Assembly: GCA_043228905.1 (NCBI GenBank)
Contig: JBHGNT010000002.1
Coordinates: 25,978,001 to 26,042,000 of the forward strand
Direction: 5' to 3'
Length of the DNA: 64,000 nt
DNA from: Azolla caroliniana
Lineage: Eukaryota; Plantae; Polypodiophyta
Below are positions 38,420 to 50,409 of this stretch, one piece after another; position 1 is the stretch's first letter, and every line of letters starts with the position of its first letter. Under the pieces are notes generated by a model, which was given only the letters and a program-made list of their open reading frames with translations, was not told where the DNA came from and did no database searches. The position numbers and the translations under genes are program-made.

Positions 38420-39770
38420 CTACAAAACCCTGACTTCTAGAGAGGAAGAGAGCTGTCGAAACCCTAATCAAAGATTTATCGAGACCCCAATAAAAATTGC
38501 GCTGAAAGCTGAAGGAAGCCTTAGAATGGAAACCCTAATTACAAGGAGACCTGGAGGACACCGTAAATTATGGAAACCCAAATCGCGAAAAGAGAGCAGT
38601 GGACGCTAGTAAATGGAAAATTTAATTGCATAGAGGGTGCCAATTAAGCCCCAATTACGAAGAGAGAGCTGCAGGAACCCTAAAAAACGAGTCTTAGGGA
38701 GAGATGAAAGGTTTGCAATGATGAAGAGAAAGATAGACCCAGCAGGGGGGTGTGTTCGATTTACCAAAAACTAACCCTAAAACTAACTCTTTCGCAATAG
38801 AAACCTAGCAGGTGTTCTGAGAGCTTATCCCTGCCTGAAGAAACCCTAAAAACCGATCTGTTGAAGAAGTCCTAAGATGCTCCCTATGCCAAAAGCAACC
38901 CAATCCCTAAAAGGCGATTCTTAGAGCAATAAAAGCAATATTAGAAACCAAGGAAACCCTAACCCTAGCCCTAACAACTACAGAAAAACGCCCTTATGTA
39001 TGTGGAAAGAAACTCTAATAAAGAGCTCTCTAAAGCCCTTGCTAGAATGAAAGAAACAGGAAAAGCCAGCTCTCCGCCAGGCAACAAGAAGTAGAAAAAC
39101 AGAGTCAGAAAGAAACCCAACCTTACACAGCCAAATATTTGGAACGGAAAAAAAAGAAAAATCGCTAGAAAAGTATGGCTTCACCTCTATCGTAAGGAAA
39201 TTCAAACCCTAAAAGCGGCAAAGCAGAAGAGAGAGAAAGAAAGAAAAAAACCCTAAAAAGCAAAAATCGTGAGAAAAGCAAGCCCTAAAAAGCAACACGA
39301 AGACAGAAACCCCCCACACAGCCAAATTTTTGGAATGAAATGAACGCTAGAAAAGCATGGCTTCACCTATTCTAAGAAAAATTCAAACCCTAAAAGCGGC
39401 AAAGCAGAAGAGAAAATAAAAAGGGCAAAAAGAAACCCTAAAAAGCAAAAAGCGTGAGAAAAGCAAGCCCTAAAAAGCAACACGAAGAAGAAAAACAGAG
39501 ACAGAACAACTTTCATGAGCCAGGGGACCAGAAAGCAGAGATAAAATATTAGGGACGAAAAAAACAGAAAAAAAAAGAATGCTACAGAAGCATGCTTTCA
39601 CCTGTACTGTAATTTTGTAAGGAAATTCAAACCCTAAAAGCGGCAAAAGCAGAAGAGAGAGAGAGAGATAGAGAAAAAAGAAAACCCTAAAAAGCAAAAA
39701 GCGTGAGAAAAGCAACAATAAATAAGAGAGAGGAGGGAGAGTCAAGAAGCATATCTCTCTCTCTCTTTTG
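38420..39770 (-). promoter_or_regulatory. Telo-box-rich ECT leader containing three tandem ~180-240-bp units
   Basis: About ten AAACCCTAA motifs plus near-matches on the + strand. The unit core aattcaaaccctaaaagcggcaaa(a)gcagaagaga..aaaccctaaaaagcaaaaa.cgtgagaaaagcaa recurs at ~39199, ~39380 and ~39624. Confidence 0.75.
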
Positions 39771-41601
39771 AACATTTTTTGTCACTTCCCTCCAAAAAAA
39801 ACACAGGGGAGGGAAGAAGAAGAAAACAGAGAGAAAGTGATGGGGAGGGTTCACATTATTCATTGATTGATTGGCTGACCAAATTGTGGCCCATGATTCA
39901 TTCACTGCTTTTCTCCACCACCTCTCGTGAACCAATTGTCGGTCTTGTTCCCCCCCGGTCTCTAGCCATCCTGGATGGACTAGCAATCGGGAAGATTCCA
40001 GAAAGAGTACATATTCGGTTTATAGACCGCATTTTCCAATCACATGTATTCGTCAATCGACTGGGTGTGCGTGACTTCTCAATCTTGCTTTCTTTCTTAT
40101 CGACTTACAACCCACGCTCGCTCATTTCACCTATCTGTTGTACATATATGTATTGCATGCATGTACTGACTGATTGAATGTGCTCACACCTTCCTATCTT
40201 CCTGTTTTCGTTCCATGAATGCACTCCATTCTTGACTGTATGTATGTATGTATGTATGAATGTGTATTGATTGATTGAATGCTGCTTCACCTCAATCTCT
40301 CGACTTCTCGATGTGCATCATAAACCCAAAAACATGTTTATTCTATTTGGATGTATGTATGTGTATGTATGTACATACATATGCGTGCATGTGTATTGAT
40401 TGCCCAATATCTCAACATTCCTCCTAGCAACAAACGTGTTCCCATGTTTGTATGCATCCTTTATGTAGATTCCCCCTTTCTCAATGTGCCTCCTAGCATT
40501 CTACGATGATAAATGTGTGAGTATGTGTATTTTATGGTACAAGATGTGGGTGTCACCCACACAGCAATAGCAAGTCGAGGCTCAAACTATGACATGTGGA
40601 TATCTCTTGGAGTCTTGCACAATCCAACATTGATTGGATTAAACCAACTCACATGCCATGACCTAGATGTGTCTCGTGCAAGAAGTGTATCTGACTACTT
40701 ACTCCAAATGTGTGCATGTGTGTTGTTTGTGGGTTTCCAATGCATCCCATTGATAATAATGTGCATTGTTTTAAGTATTTGGTGCACATGTGTCGGTAGT
40801 ACTTACTTGACAAATGTATATCTCTTGCGGTTAGCAAATCTAACTTCGATAAGTTTAAACGATTGCACATCCAAATGGATATGTATGTGCATATGAGCGC
40901 GCCTGGTGGCATGCTTTCCTTGGTTGAAATGTGGATGTCTTGTGCACCTTTGAAGTCTTGTGGTTTTCGTTCTCAAAATCCAAAGCATAAAAGTGAGGAT
41001 GTGACATATTATCAATATAGACATTATTGTGGATTTTGACTTCACTTTCATAATGGATCTACATGGCTTACCTATCCCCCCCACGGAACATGATTTGAAG
41101 TTGGGTCTCTCTTCCTTTTCCCTCTAAAATTGAGACAAAGAAGTTAAATAAAACTATGCAATCGATTGAAGAAGGACAAATCTCAATATACCACATGTTT
41201 AATTAACTTTATGAGACATGGCATAGTGCACTTCTTTGAAGGATATGCTTTCACTTTGAAGAACATTGCCTTGGAAAGTGGGGTGACGGTTGTACATGGA
41301 TATTTATCACACAAATATTTCTGGGGGACTTTCATGTTGTGAAACACCTATGCAAATAAATTAAAGTCTTCCCTCTCTTGATAATACCCAAAGTGGTAAA
41401 AGTCTTTGAGTATAATGCACATCAAAGTTTTTTGGCATATGGTATGTGAATGAATTATTAGTATGTCTCGACTCTATGCAAACCCTTGACACATAAAACT
41501 AACCTCTTGACGATGACACATGGGATTGTGCACATTCAAACTATGCATATAGTTATTTGCATGTGAAGGGCTTGAGTAGTGGAAAAATTGATATTTGAGA
41601 C

Positions 41602-42448
41602 TAGGGATCGGCAACGGTTCGGTTTAGGCTTAGCCGGTTTGGCTTGATCCAAGCCAAACCGGCTAAGCCTAAACCGTTTACAGGATCTCAAACCTGAGCC
41701 GAGCCGGTTCACAAACCGGTTAGGCTAAACCGGTTAGTGAACCGGCTTGGTAAATGGCTTGTAAACCGGTTTCCAAACCGGTTTAGAAACCTCCTTCTCT
41801 CTCTCTCTCCCTACCTCCCTCTCTCTCAAATGATCCACTATATACTATATACTATATACTATACATTGTACAAGCTCTCCCTCCCACTCTCTCTCCCCTC
41901 TATGTAGTTCCTCTCTCTCTCTCTCTCCCTCTCTGTAGTCTCTCTCTCTCTCCCCTCTATGTAGTTCCTCTCTCTCTCTCTCTCCCCTCTGTGTAGTCTC
42001 TCTCTCTCTCCCCTCTACGTAGTTCCTCTCTCTCCCTCTCTCCCCTTTGCGTAGTCTCTCTCTCTCTCTCCCCTCTATGTAGTTCCTCTCTCTCTCCCCT
42101 CTGTGTAGTCTCTCTATCTCTCTCTCTCTCCCCTCTGTGTAGTCTCTCTCTCCTTATATGTTGTCTCCCTCCCTCTGTCTCTCTCTCCTCGTCTATGTAG
42201 TTCTCCCTCCCTCACTCTCTCTCTCTCTCTCTTTCCCCTTGTCTGTTGTCTCTCTCCCCCTCTCTAAAGTTTATAAACGGCTTAAATGGTTTATCCGGCT
42301 TAGCCGGTTTGGCGAGGCTCAAGCCAAGCCGAGCCGAGCTCAAACCGTTAAGGCAAGTTCAAGCCTAATCCGAGCTGAGCCGCTAAGCCGTTTTCAAGCC
42401 GGCTAAGCCAAACGGTTTAGGCTTGAGCCGAGCCGTAGCCGATCCCTA
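41602..42448. mobile_element. Non-autonomous hAT-superfamily DNA transposon (MITE-like, 847 bp)
   Basis: TIRs are TAGGGATCGGCAACGG and (reverse complement) TAGGGATCGGCTACGG. Perfect 8-bp TSD TTTGAGAC at 41594-41601 and 42449-42456. Subterminal AACCGG/AGCCG repeats, an internal (CT)n-CCCTCTATGTAGT minisatellite, and no transposase ORF. Confidence 0.93.
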
Positions 42449-44779
42449 TTTGAGACTATGACTTATTCATTAACATACACAGTAAGGTAATGTGAGTCAT
42501 TTTTAGATTTTGCTAAAAATGTTTCGACACTAGTCATTCCATTTATTAAATAATAAAGAGATTTCTGAAATTTTCACATGCAAATTGGCTAGAGGGGGAG
42601 AGATAAGGAAAAATGCAAACCGGGGCGAAAAATAAAAACTCCCGGTCTTCCATATATATAAACTTGAGTTTACAAGTTAATTGATTCACTGGAACCATTG
42701 GGAAGGATATAAAACCATGCTTTTGTCAGACACAACTCTCATATTTTAGCAAACCCACTTACGTTGGACAAAGCAAATAGTCATGTTCTTTAGTTCTATG
42801 AATGGCTAAACAATAGATAGTGTGAATACAAATTCACTCTAGTCACTTTGAGCATACAATGATATCCTTAGTAAAAAACAAATCTTGGTGGCAAAAACAT
42901 CGCCTTTTCCACGACACACATGTGAAATGCAATAGTAATGAAGGCCAACTTTCTACTTGGAGAATTTGAGAAAATGGTGGCATTTCAACTATTGGAGTAT
43001 AAAAGCCTTAGCCTTAGCAACAATCAATCTCTCCTCTCAATTATTTAGCAAGGTTTCAATTAACATTGATAATATTTTCATTAGGTGTTAAGTGTATACA
43101 AATATGTCATGATTATGTAAATGAGAGGACTCCCCCAATTTTATCCAAAATACGAGAAACTAACACTCATATCCTTACAAAGGAAAAACTCCTATCATCA
43201 CATGCTTCTATGTATTGAAATTACTCTTACATGCTTAAGCATCGGCTCTTAACCACATGAAAACAAACATTAAGTATACAATTTAACATTAGGTGAGGTT
43301 GTAAACATAAGCCAATGACAATTAAGATATGATTTATTTTTCTAATAAAAATATTTAATATTAATTGTTATATGATTAACAATCAAGCATACTTAACTCG
43401 CTAGTTTTGCTTCAGATTTGTTACATGCATAAATTGCCAATTAATTGATTCTAAATTATCATTACTATATGATAGTCATGAGTTTCTTTATTCATCTGCT
43501 TACTTTCAAAATAAGCATGTTTCGGAACTCTAGTATATAAAGCATGTTTTACTAATCTCCTCATTTCTACAACTCCACTTGGTGATGCCATACCAATGCT
43601 TATATATTCAATTCTATCATATATTGCAAGGAGATGCACTTGGGCTAGAATAGTAATGGAATGGATCGCCTCTTGGGAAGTCTTTATACTTCATCTAACT
43701 TTGTTGTGCTTTGATTGTACCTCGTTGGGCACCCACAACAATGGACAGGGGAAGAGAGAGAGATTCTATTATCGTCTTCGGAGGTCAAATATGACCTATG
43801 AGACCAAATATGTTCAATGCTTTTGTATACGATAGTAGACAATGGAGTCAAAGTTGATGGGAGTATTAATGTGGCAATTTTCTTTATTGGAGCATGTAGA
43901 AATGCTTTCTTCCTCGATTGTTCGTCTTGCCTATTGGCAATTCAACATGTTCCATTGCCCATGTAGTGGTGACTGTACTCCATTATGGTACCCATTGCAA
44001 TGTTTTTTTGCACACATTTATTAAAATAATTGTGTGTTTTAACAAAAGAAGACGATGAGATTTTATTATCATCTTCAAAGGTCAATTATGACATATAGAA
44101 CCAAAGCTAAATCATTTCTACATAATAGGTGTGGAATTGAGAAGCTACTCTTGATGTATAGAATTGTGTTGATAAACATTCCAATAGAGAGTGTACATTG
44201 GTTTGAGCAAGCCTCCTTCCAAGGAGCTCACTACATGGTGATAATGCTAGAGGTGGAAACCAGATTGTAAGCATTAACTAGTTATAGAGAGATGGAATGA
44301 AGAGAGGAGGGAGGAGAGTAGACACCTTTTCAGGGAGCTTTCTTTGTGGTGATTATGTGTTAAGAGGTATCCCTTTGTCAAACTCCTACAAGAATGTGGC
44401 GATTGTGGTGTATCCAAGAAAGAAAAGGAACAAGGATGAGATGTAGCCGAAGCCTCATTTGTTGGGCTACCTTGAAGGTGGTAGAGAGGCCGTGGGTTAG
44501 GTTGGAGAACCTATGTAAGGGTACAGAAGGAAGAAGAAAAAGAGGAACACTAGAGAGACCAAAGGTATGCTAATTAGAGTGCAACCTCATAGCTTAGCAG
44601 AAGAGTATAAATAATGACTGGCTCAGACCTAGTGCAATAGGGAGATGATGTATGTTTCATAGCTTTAAGCTTAAGAGTAATACTGGGCTCAATCCTAGAG
44701 TAGCAACAACACAACCTATGTAAACTTGGTCTTTTGATGTCTATCCCTCTGTTGTACATTGAGAAGGCAGAGAGTTGAA

Positions 44780-45200
44780 CTCATCAGAAGAGAGAGAAGC
44801 GTGCTTGCCAGGAGCTCCATTTGTGGTAAAAACATGTGTTGGAGGCAACCCTTCGTGAGAACATAGTAACAATGATGTAACCAGAGATAAGATCAGGGCT
44901 GGATCTCATATTTTGATCACCTTGACGACAGCAATTGGACCATGGGCATTGACCAGCATCCACCTCTGGCTAACAGCTTGTTCTTGCCAGTCCTTGAGAA
45001 GAGAAAACTAGTATTCAACTTATGCGCCATGCTTTAGGAGAGATGGAAAATATATATACACCAAACGAATGAATCATGAGGCTTGAATCATCAATAAAGT
45101 ACTCAAGGATCTAAGAACAAATTTGTATCTTAATCCTTGACTGCTTCATGGATATTGGTCTAGCGGTTCAATGACATGATTCCTTCTTTTGGATAAAATA
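44780..45200 (-). mobile_element. Possible highly decayed LINE ORF1 fragment
   Basis: The minus strand near 44830-44860 reads HEGLP(frameshift)NTCFY, resembling the YExLPxxCFxC zinc-knuckle start of plant LINE ORF1. Evidence is weak. Confidence 0.25.
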
Positions 45201-45838
45201 CCCATTGATGTCCCCCTTCTCTTCGCTCTCTTAAATTTCTTATTTTGCCACATGGTATAACGGGATCTCTGAGTGTCTTCCTTCATTAGTTTACGGTATA
45301 AAGAATCTGTTGCACAATATCATAGAAAAAGAAGCAATAATCAATTTATCATCACCGTCGTCACCATTCTTCAATATCACATTATCCTTGATTAAATCAG
45401 ATCACAAAAGAATAGGCCGATAATAAAAATGCATCTTCCTTGAATAAATTAGATCATATAAAAGAAGTTTGAATAAACATAACCTCTCATATCGCAAAAA
45501 AATTGGAGAAATGTCTCAGAACTTCTTGTGATGGTTAGTTACAACACAAATGCGCAGCTAGAGAGAGAGAAGGCTTAAGTAAACAACAAATGCTAAATCA
45601 GAAGCACATTCTGCTTGGGACGCCTTTACATCAGTCAGTGGGATTCACATATAGGTTCACAAATCCATGTTTTCTTGACTTGCCCAACTAAGTGCTTATC
45701 CATAGAGACAAAGAATTGTACTGAAGAAAAGATCTTAACATTGATGTATTCATCCCATCAATGCAGACATTGCAGAATTACATGGAAAAATAGCACGATC
45801 CATACATATATATAGCATTGCACAAAGAGACGATCTGC

Positions 45839-47096
45839 TCACTTATTCCTGGAAAACACCAAATTATGAAAAGAACAGATGAGCATAGTCTATAAGCAAA
45901 TAGTAAAGAAGATATCAAAATGATCAACCTATTGGAAGTCAAGAAGTGTGCAAAATGAGAAATACTCGAGATGTAAGGCTAGAAATAAATGAAAGAACAA
46001 AGTAACGAACTTATTTGAAAAAACAAAATAGACAAAAAATCTACAGGAAAGTCAAGGAAAGACCAAACTGAGAAAATACATACAGCTGTAGATAGAAAGA
46101 ACAAAAATGAGCAAACCTGGAGGGTGTGTAAAGGAAAAACAAAAATGAGGGAGATCTAAAGGGAAAGTAAAGGAAAGAACAAGGCGACCGAAATTGGAAG
46201 GGAAAGGAAAGGAAAAAGGACACAAAATGAGCAAAATCTAAAGGCAAAGTAAAGGAAAGAATAAGATGAACAAAGTTCAAAGGCTATGTGAATGAGAAAG
46301 ATCTAAAGATGAAGGAAAGGAAAGAGCAAGATGTGCAAAGTTGGAAGGCTAAGTAAAGGAAGGGAAACAGGGTGGTGAGTAAAACTTGGAGGGCTAAGTG
46401 AAGGAAAGAACAAAAAAGATGATCTGTATGCAAGCAAAGGAAATAAAAAAATGTGCAGATGTAAAGAGACGAACAAAATGATAATCTTTAGGGAAGTAAA
46501 GGTAAGAATAAAACGATAATCTACAGGGAAGTGAATCAGAAAGAAAACTCAGCAAAATGATAAACTATAGGGATGCAAATGAAAGAACAAAATGATAATC
46601 TACATGGATAGGGCAAAATGATGAACCGTATGGAAGTAAAGAATAGAGCAAAATGATGATCTGCAGGGAAGTAAAGGAAAGAAGAAAATGAGAATTCAGA
46701 AGACAAGAAACAAAAAGCAAAGAACAAAAAATGAGAAAGATCTACCTTGCAAAGTAAAGGAAGGAACAAAAATTAACAAAGTTGGAGGGCAGGAAAAGGA
46801 AAGGAAAGAGCAGAAAATGAGAAAGATCTACAGTGACAAGTAGAGGAAAGCATAAGATGAGCAAAATCAGAAGGCAAAGTAAATGAAAGGAAAGAACAGA
46901 AAATAAGACACCTAAAAGGCAAAAGAGGAAGAGAAGAGCCAACCTACGTCTGTTTCCCATACAAAGAAGTGTTCGGAGTTCTTTTGTTTCTGAAGATCAT
47001 GTAGCTAAGGGGTAAGATCACCCCTACCATCATTATCAGAGCTCCCATCAGATAGCGTGTGATACCTGGGGGTTCTACTTCAAGCAAATTCCTCAT
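45839..47096 (-). CDS. Conserved plant ~50-aa single-transmembrane microprotein of unknown function
   Basis: tgtgcag|ATG at 47096 gives MRNLLEVEPPGITRYLMGALIMMVGVILPLSYMIFRNKRTPNTSLYGKQT, stop at 46946-46944. It resembles a small angiosperm family I recall as LEVEPPSPLRY..GVVLP..YMMFRNKR. A non-coding first exon ends at 48532 (CG|GTAAGT), and a candidate terminal exon starts at 45848. Confidence 0.8.
45990..46935. repeat. Degenerate purine-rich (+ strand) minisatellite filling the microprotein's last intron
   Basis: The motif atcta(c)agggaagtaaaggaaagaacaaaatga recurs many times at irregular ~35-60-bp spacing. Confidence 0.7.
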
Positions 47097-47680
47097 CTGC
47101 ACAACATCAATAATAGATTTCTCTATGGTACAAAGCTTCAATCTTTATTTGTCAAATATCATATTCCATTTCAATTTTTTCAAGAAGAATCTTCAGTAAT
47201 TCCTCATCTTCACATACAGAAATAGATTTGTTAAGATAAGAAGATTCAATCTTTACTTGTCAAAAACCATTTTCCATTTCAAAATCTCTCTTAAAGTTGA
47301 ATCTTCCCTATTCCTCATCTGCACATATAGATTTAGAGATTTTATCTTCACTTGTCAAAAAGTATATTCCATTTCAAAATTTCTGATGAAGGATCTTCAC
47401 TAATTTCTTATCTGTACATACAGTTAAGCAACATTTAAGGTATAAAAATTTGATCTTTACTTGTCAAAACCATATTCTATTTCAACATTTGGCAAAGAAT
47501 CTTCACTAACTCCTCATCTTCTCATCCGACAAAGATTTAATCTGGTCAAAAAATTTCCTATTTTCAAAATTTGGACAAATAAATTTCACTAATTTCTGAT
47601 ATGCACAGTATCGACATAAATTTGAGATATAAAGATTCAAACTTTTACTCTCAAAACCATATCCACTTCTATATGTATGT
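47088..47680 (-). repeat. About 5-6 tandem ~100-bp units, each containing a copy of the microprotein's splice acceptor + ATG
   Basis: aattcctcatctgcaca (reverse complement TGTGCAG ATGAGGAATT) or variants at ~47088, 47198, 47311, 47402, 47508 and 47591, each with atctttacttgtcaaaa..attccatttcaa. Confidence 0.8.
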
Positions 47681-48664
47681 ACCGTGAATGAAGTACTAAG
47701 GGATCAAAGGGCCTTTGTTTCTGTGTGATTTCAAAGGTTCTATGATATCTAGCTACAATCTGTCATCTTTATATTCTACCTTTCTGTGCTCTTATTGAAG
47801 CTCTGATGAACCAAAGAGGTTCTATTTCTACAATTATTTCAATGGATCCGTGAAAGAAGGCGAAGTATTTCCCACTTATTTCTCATATTGCATATACAAT
47901 GTTATTATAAATGTCCAACCTTTAGAATTTCAACAATTCTGTTAGAAAGAAGGAGAATGAATTTTCACTTATTTCTCATTTTCGTATACAGATTTAGGCA
48001 TAACCATTATCACATCTTTACTTTCAAAATTATATCCACTTCTGCAATTGATCAAAGCTCTAATGAGAACGGGGAGCTTCTATTTCTGTGTGATGATTAC
48101 TTCAATATATCTAGGAAAGAAAGATTAAATGATTTTTTTCCCTTGATTTCTCATCTTTATTTATAGTTTTAGATACACATTCCATTGCATCTTCACAAAA
48201 TCACATGCATTGCTACAGTGCTGCACTCTGATAAAAGATCCAATGGATCAAAGAGATTCTGTTTTCCTGTGATTATTTCAATGGATCTGAAAAAGAGAGT
48301 TTTCTTTCAAATCGCATCTTCATATAGAGGTTCTGATATACGGAAAACAAATTCCCTATACTTGTGTTCTCTGTTCGAAGGTCTAATGGTTCAGGGAGCT
48401 TCAGCATGTGTTTCTTTCACGATTTCAATGGGTTTGAGAGAGAAGAAGACGAGCTTTTCACTTTACCACCATCACCAAAGAGACGGAGAGAAGAAGAAGA
48501 AGAAGAAGAAGAAGAAGATCTCTTCACTTACCGTGACCGACAAAGTCGCGGAGAGGAACTCTGGAGCTTTTTCTCTCTACAATCTCGCAGCGAGCTTTCT
48601 GCAGGAGGAGGAGGAGAAGAAAGGTATGAAACGAAGGGGTTCTCTAGGAGCTCAAATTTCCGAA

Positions 48665-48707
<43 letters not shown>

Positions 48708-50409
48708 GAGATTTTCTTTATTTCCCAAAATGCCCTCATATTTTCTTTATTTCCCAGCATACCCCTGAAATTTTCATTATCTCTCAAAATGCCCCCTTCT
48801 TGAAGGGGGGGGGGGGGGGTAACTTCTAGAAATGGTGATAAGGCTTCCAAAGAGTTGTGGTTGTCCCCCCAAGCGGCCATAGGCACTTCGATGGACAACA
48901 AATTTACAAGCACGATCAAACTGCATGGGAATGCATGCCAATTTATGAACAACCACGTGTCTTCTTGGCTTTAATAACAACTAAGAAGAATAGCATCCCT
49001 CACATATGGTTGTGGCATGTATACCATGAGGGAAGTAGCTCAATTACCAACCTACATGGTATTTAAAGATGTTTCAAGGGTTGGAAAAATGTGATTCATT
49101 GCAAACTGAGCCTTTGATTCAACATTACATGACTATGTAGTACATTCATCACATGAATTCTTCCATTATGGAGGTTGGCTTACGATTGAGTGAGGGAGCT
49201 TACATGCTCGATGGAATGATAGCACACAGTTCATTGATTGGACTCTAGAATGAAAGGCATTACATGATGATTGTTTGTTCACTCACATAACTTTTAGGGT
49301 TACCATTGTGGTGACGACCATTTTTGCTTCCAACAAATATATTACCCAAATATACATAGATCGCTTACACTTCCTTCTCACATGAAATTAAGCTAAGACT
49401 TGGCTCAAATCCTCTATCTTATTGATGGCATACATTTTTGGAACTTTTGGATGATGAGCTTTAGCTTAATAACTTGTAAGTCTTATGAATTATGCATACA
49501 ATCATCTTGTTTGAATAGATAAACATTGTCCATTGATATGGGAAATTATTCATTATATATGTCCGCATTTGATCATTAGAAAATTTGAAATGAGAATAGC
49601 TATATCCGTTATATAAACAAGATGCATTGTTACATGGTCATTGAAATCTTCTACTAGAGTCTAGAGAAACCATGATGTGGACCAATTAACCTATTCATTT
49701 TATCTTAATTTTGTACCCTATTAGTTAGAAGTACAAAGAATTCATTGTACGTGATCAAAGATGGCACCCTTATATTCTAACTTAGGTAGCTATAATTGAT
49801 GTAATCACATTGAATCTCCATACATTACAAGCATAATGCATTGAGTGCAACAATAAACAATGTGCCACTAGGTCAAAATTTCCCTCCCTAATTTGAATTT
49901 TTGCGACCTTAACTACACAAGATTTGCTACATAAAAGATCACGTTTATCTCATCTTTAACATCAGATAAAAAGATCCAGTTGATCTTAGCATCAATATTA
50001 AAAATCAATACATAGACCCTTGTTTTTCATCAAAGACTTGTTTCTTAATAGTAGATTATTTTCTATTGTCAACAAACAATAGTTAAGGGAAACTGTGAGA
50101 AATAAAGAATCTGAAACCTAGTTATATGAAGGGCCACCATAAAATCCATAAGTTTCATCAAATCAATCAATATATGCTATGAAGGACTGATTACATGAAA
50201 ATGATATTATAGTTAATGAGGTCAAAATGCGAAATTTGAAGGATGAATATGAGTAATAAATAAGCTGAAACATAAAAAATAAAAAAGACGTCAAACAAAT
50301 AATACTTTTAAAATACAATTTTATGTAGTGTTCAAGAATTATATGAGAACTTCTAGATACATGTAAACTTTTAGATACTATTACATTAAATTCAACACAT
50401 TTCACAAGC

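Noticed and set aside
38420-39700. Interstitial telomere array
   Set aside because: The AAACCCT motifs are dispersed single telo-boxes, not tandem arrays.
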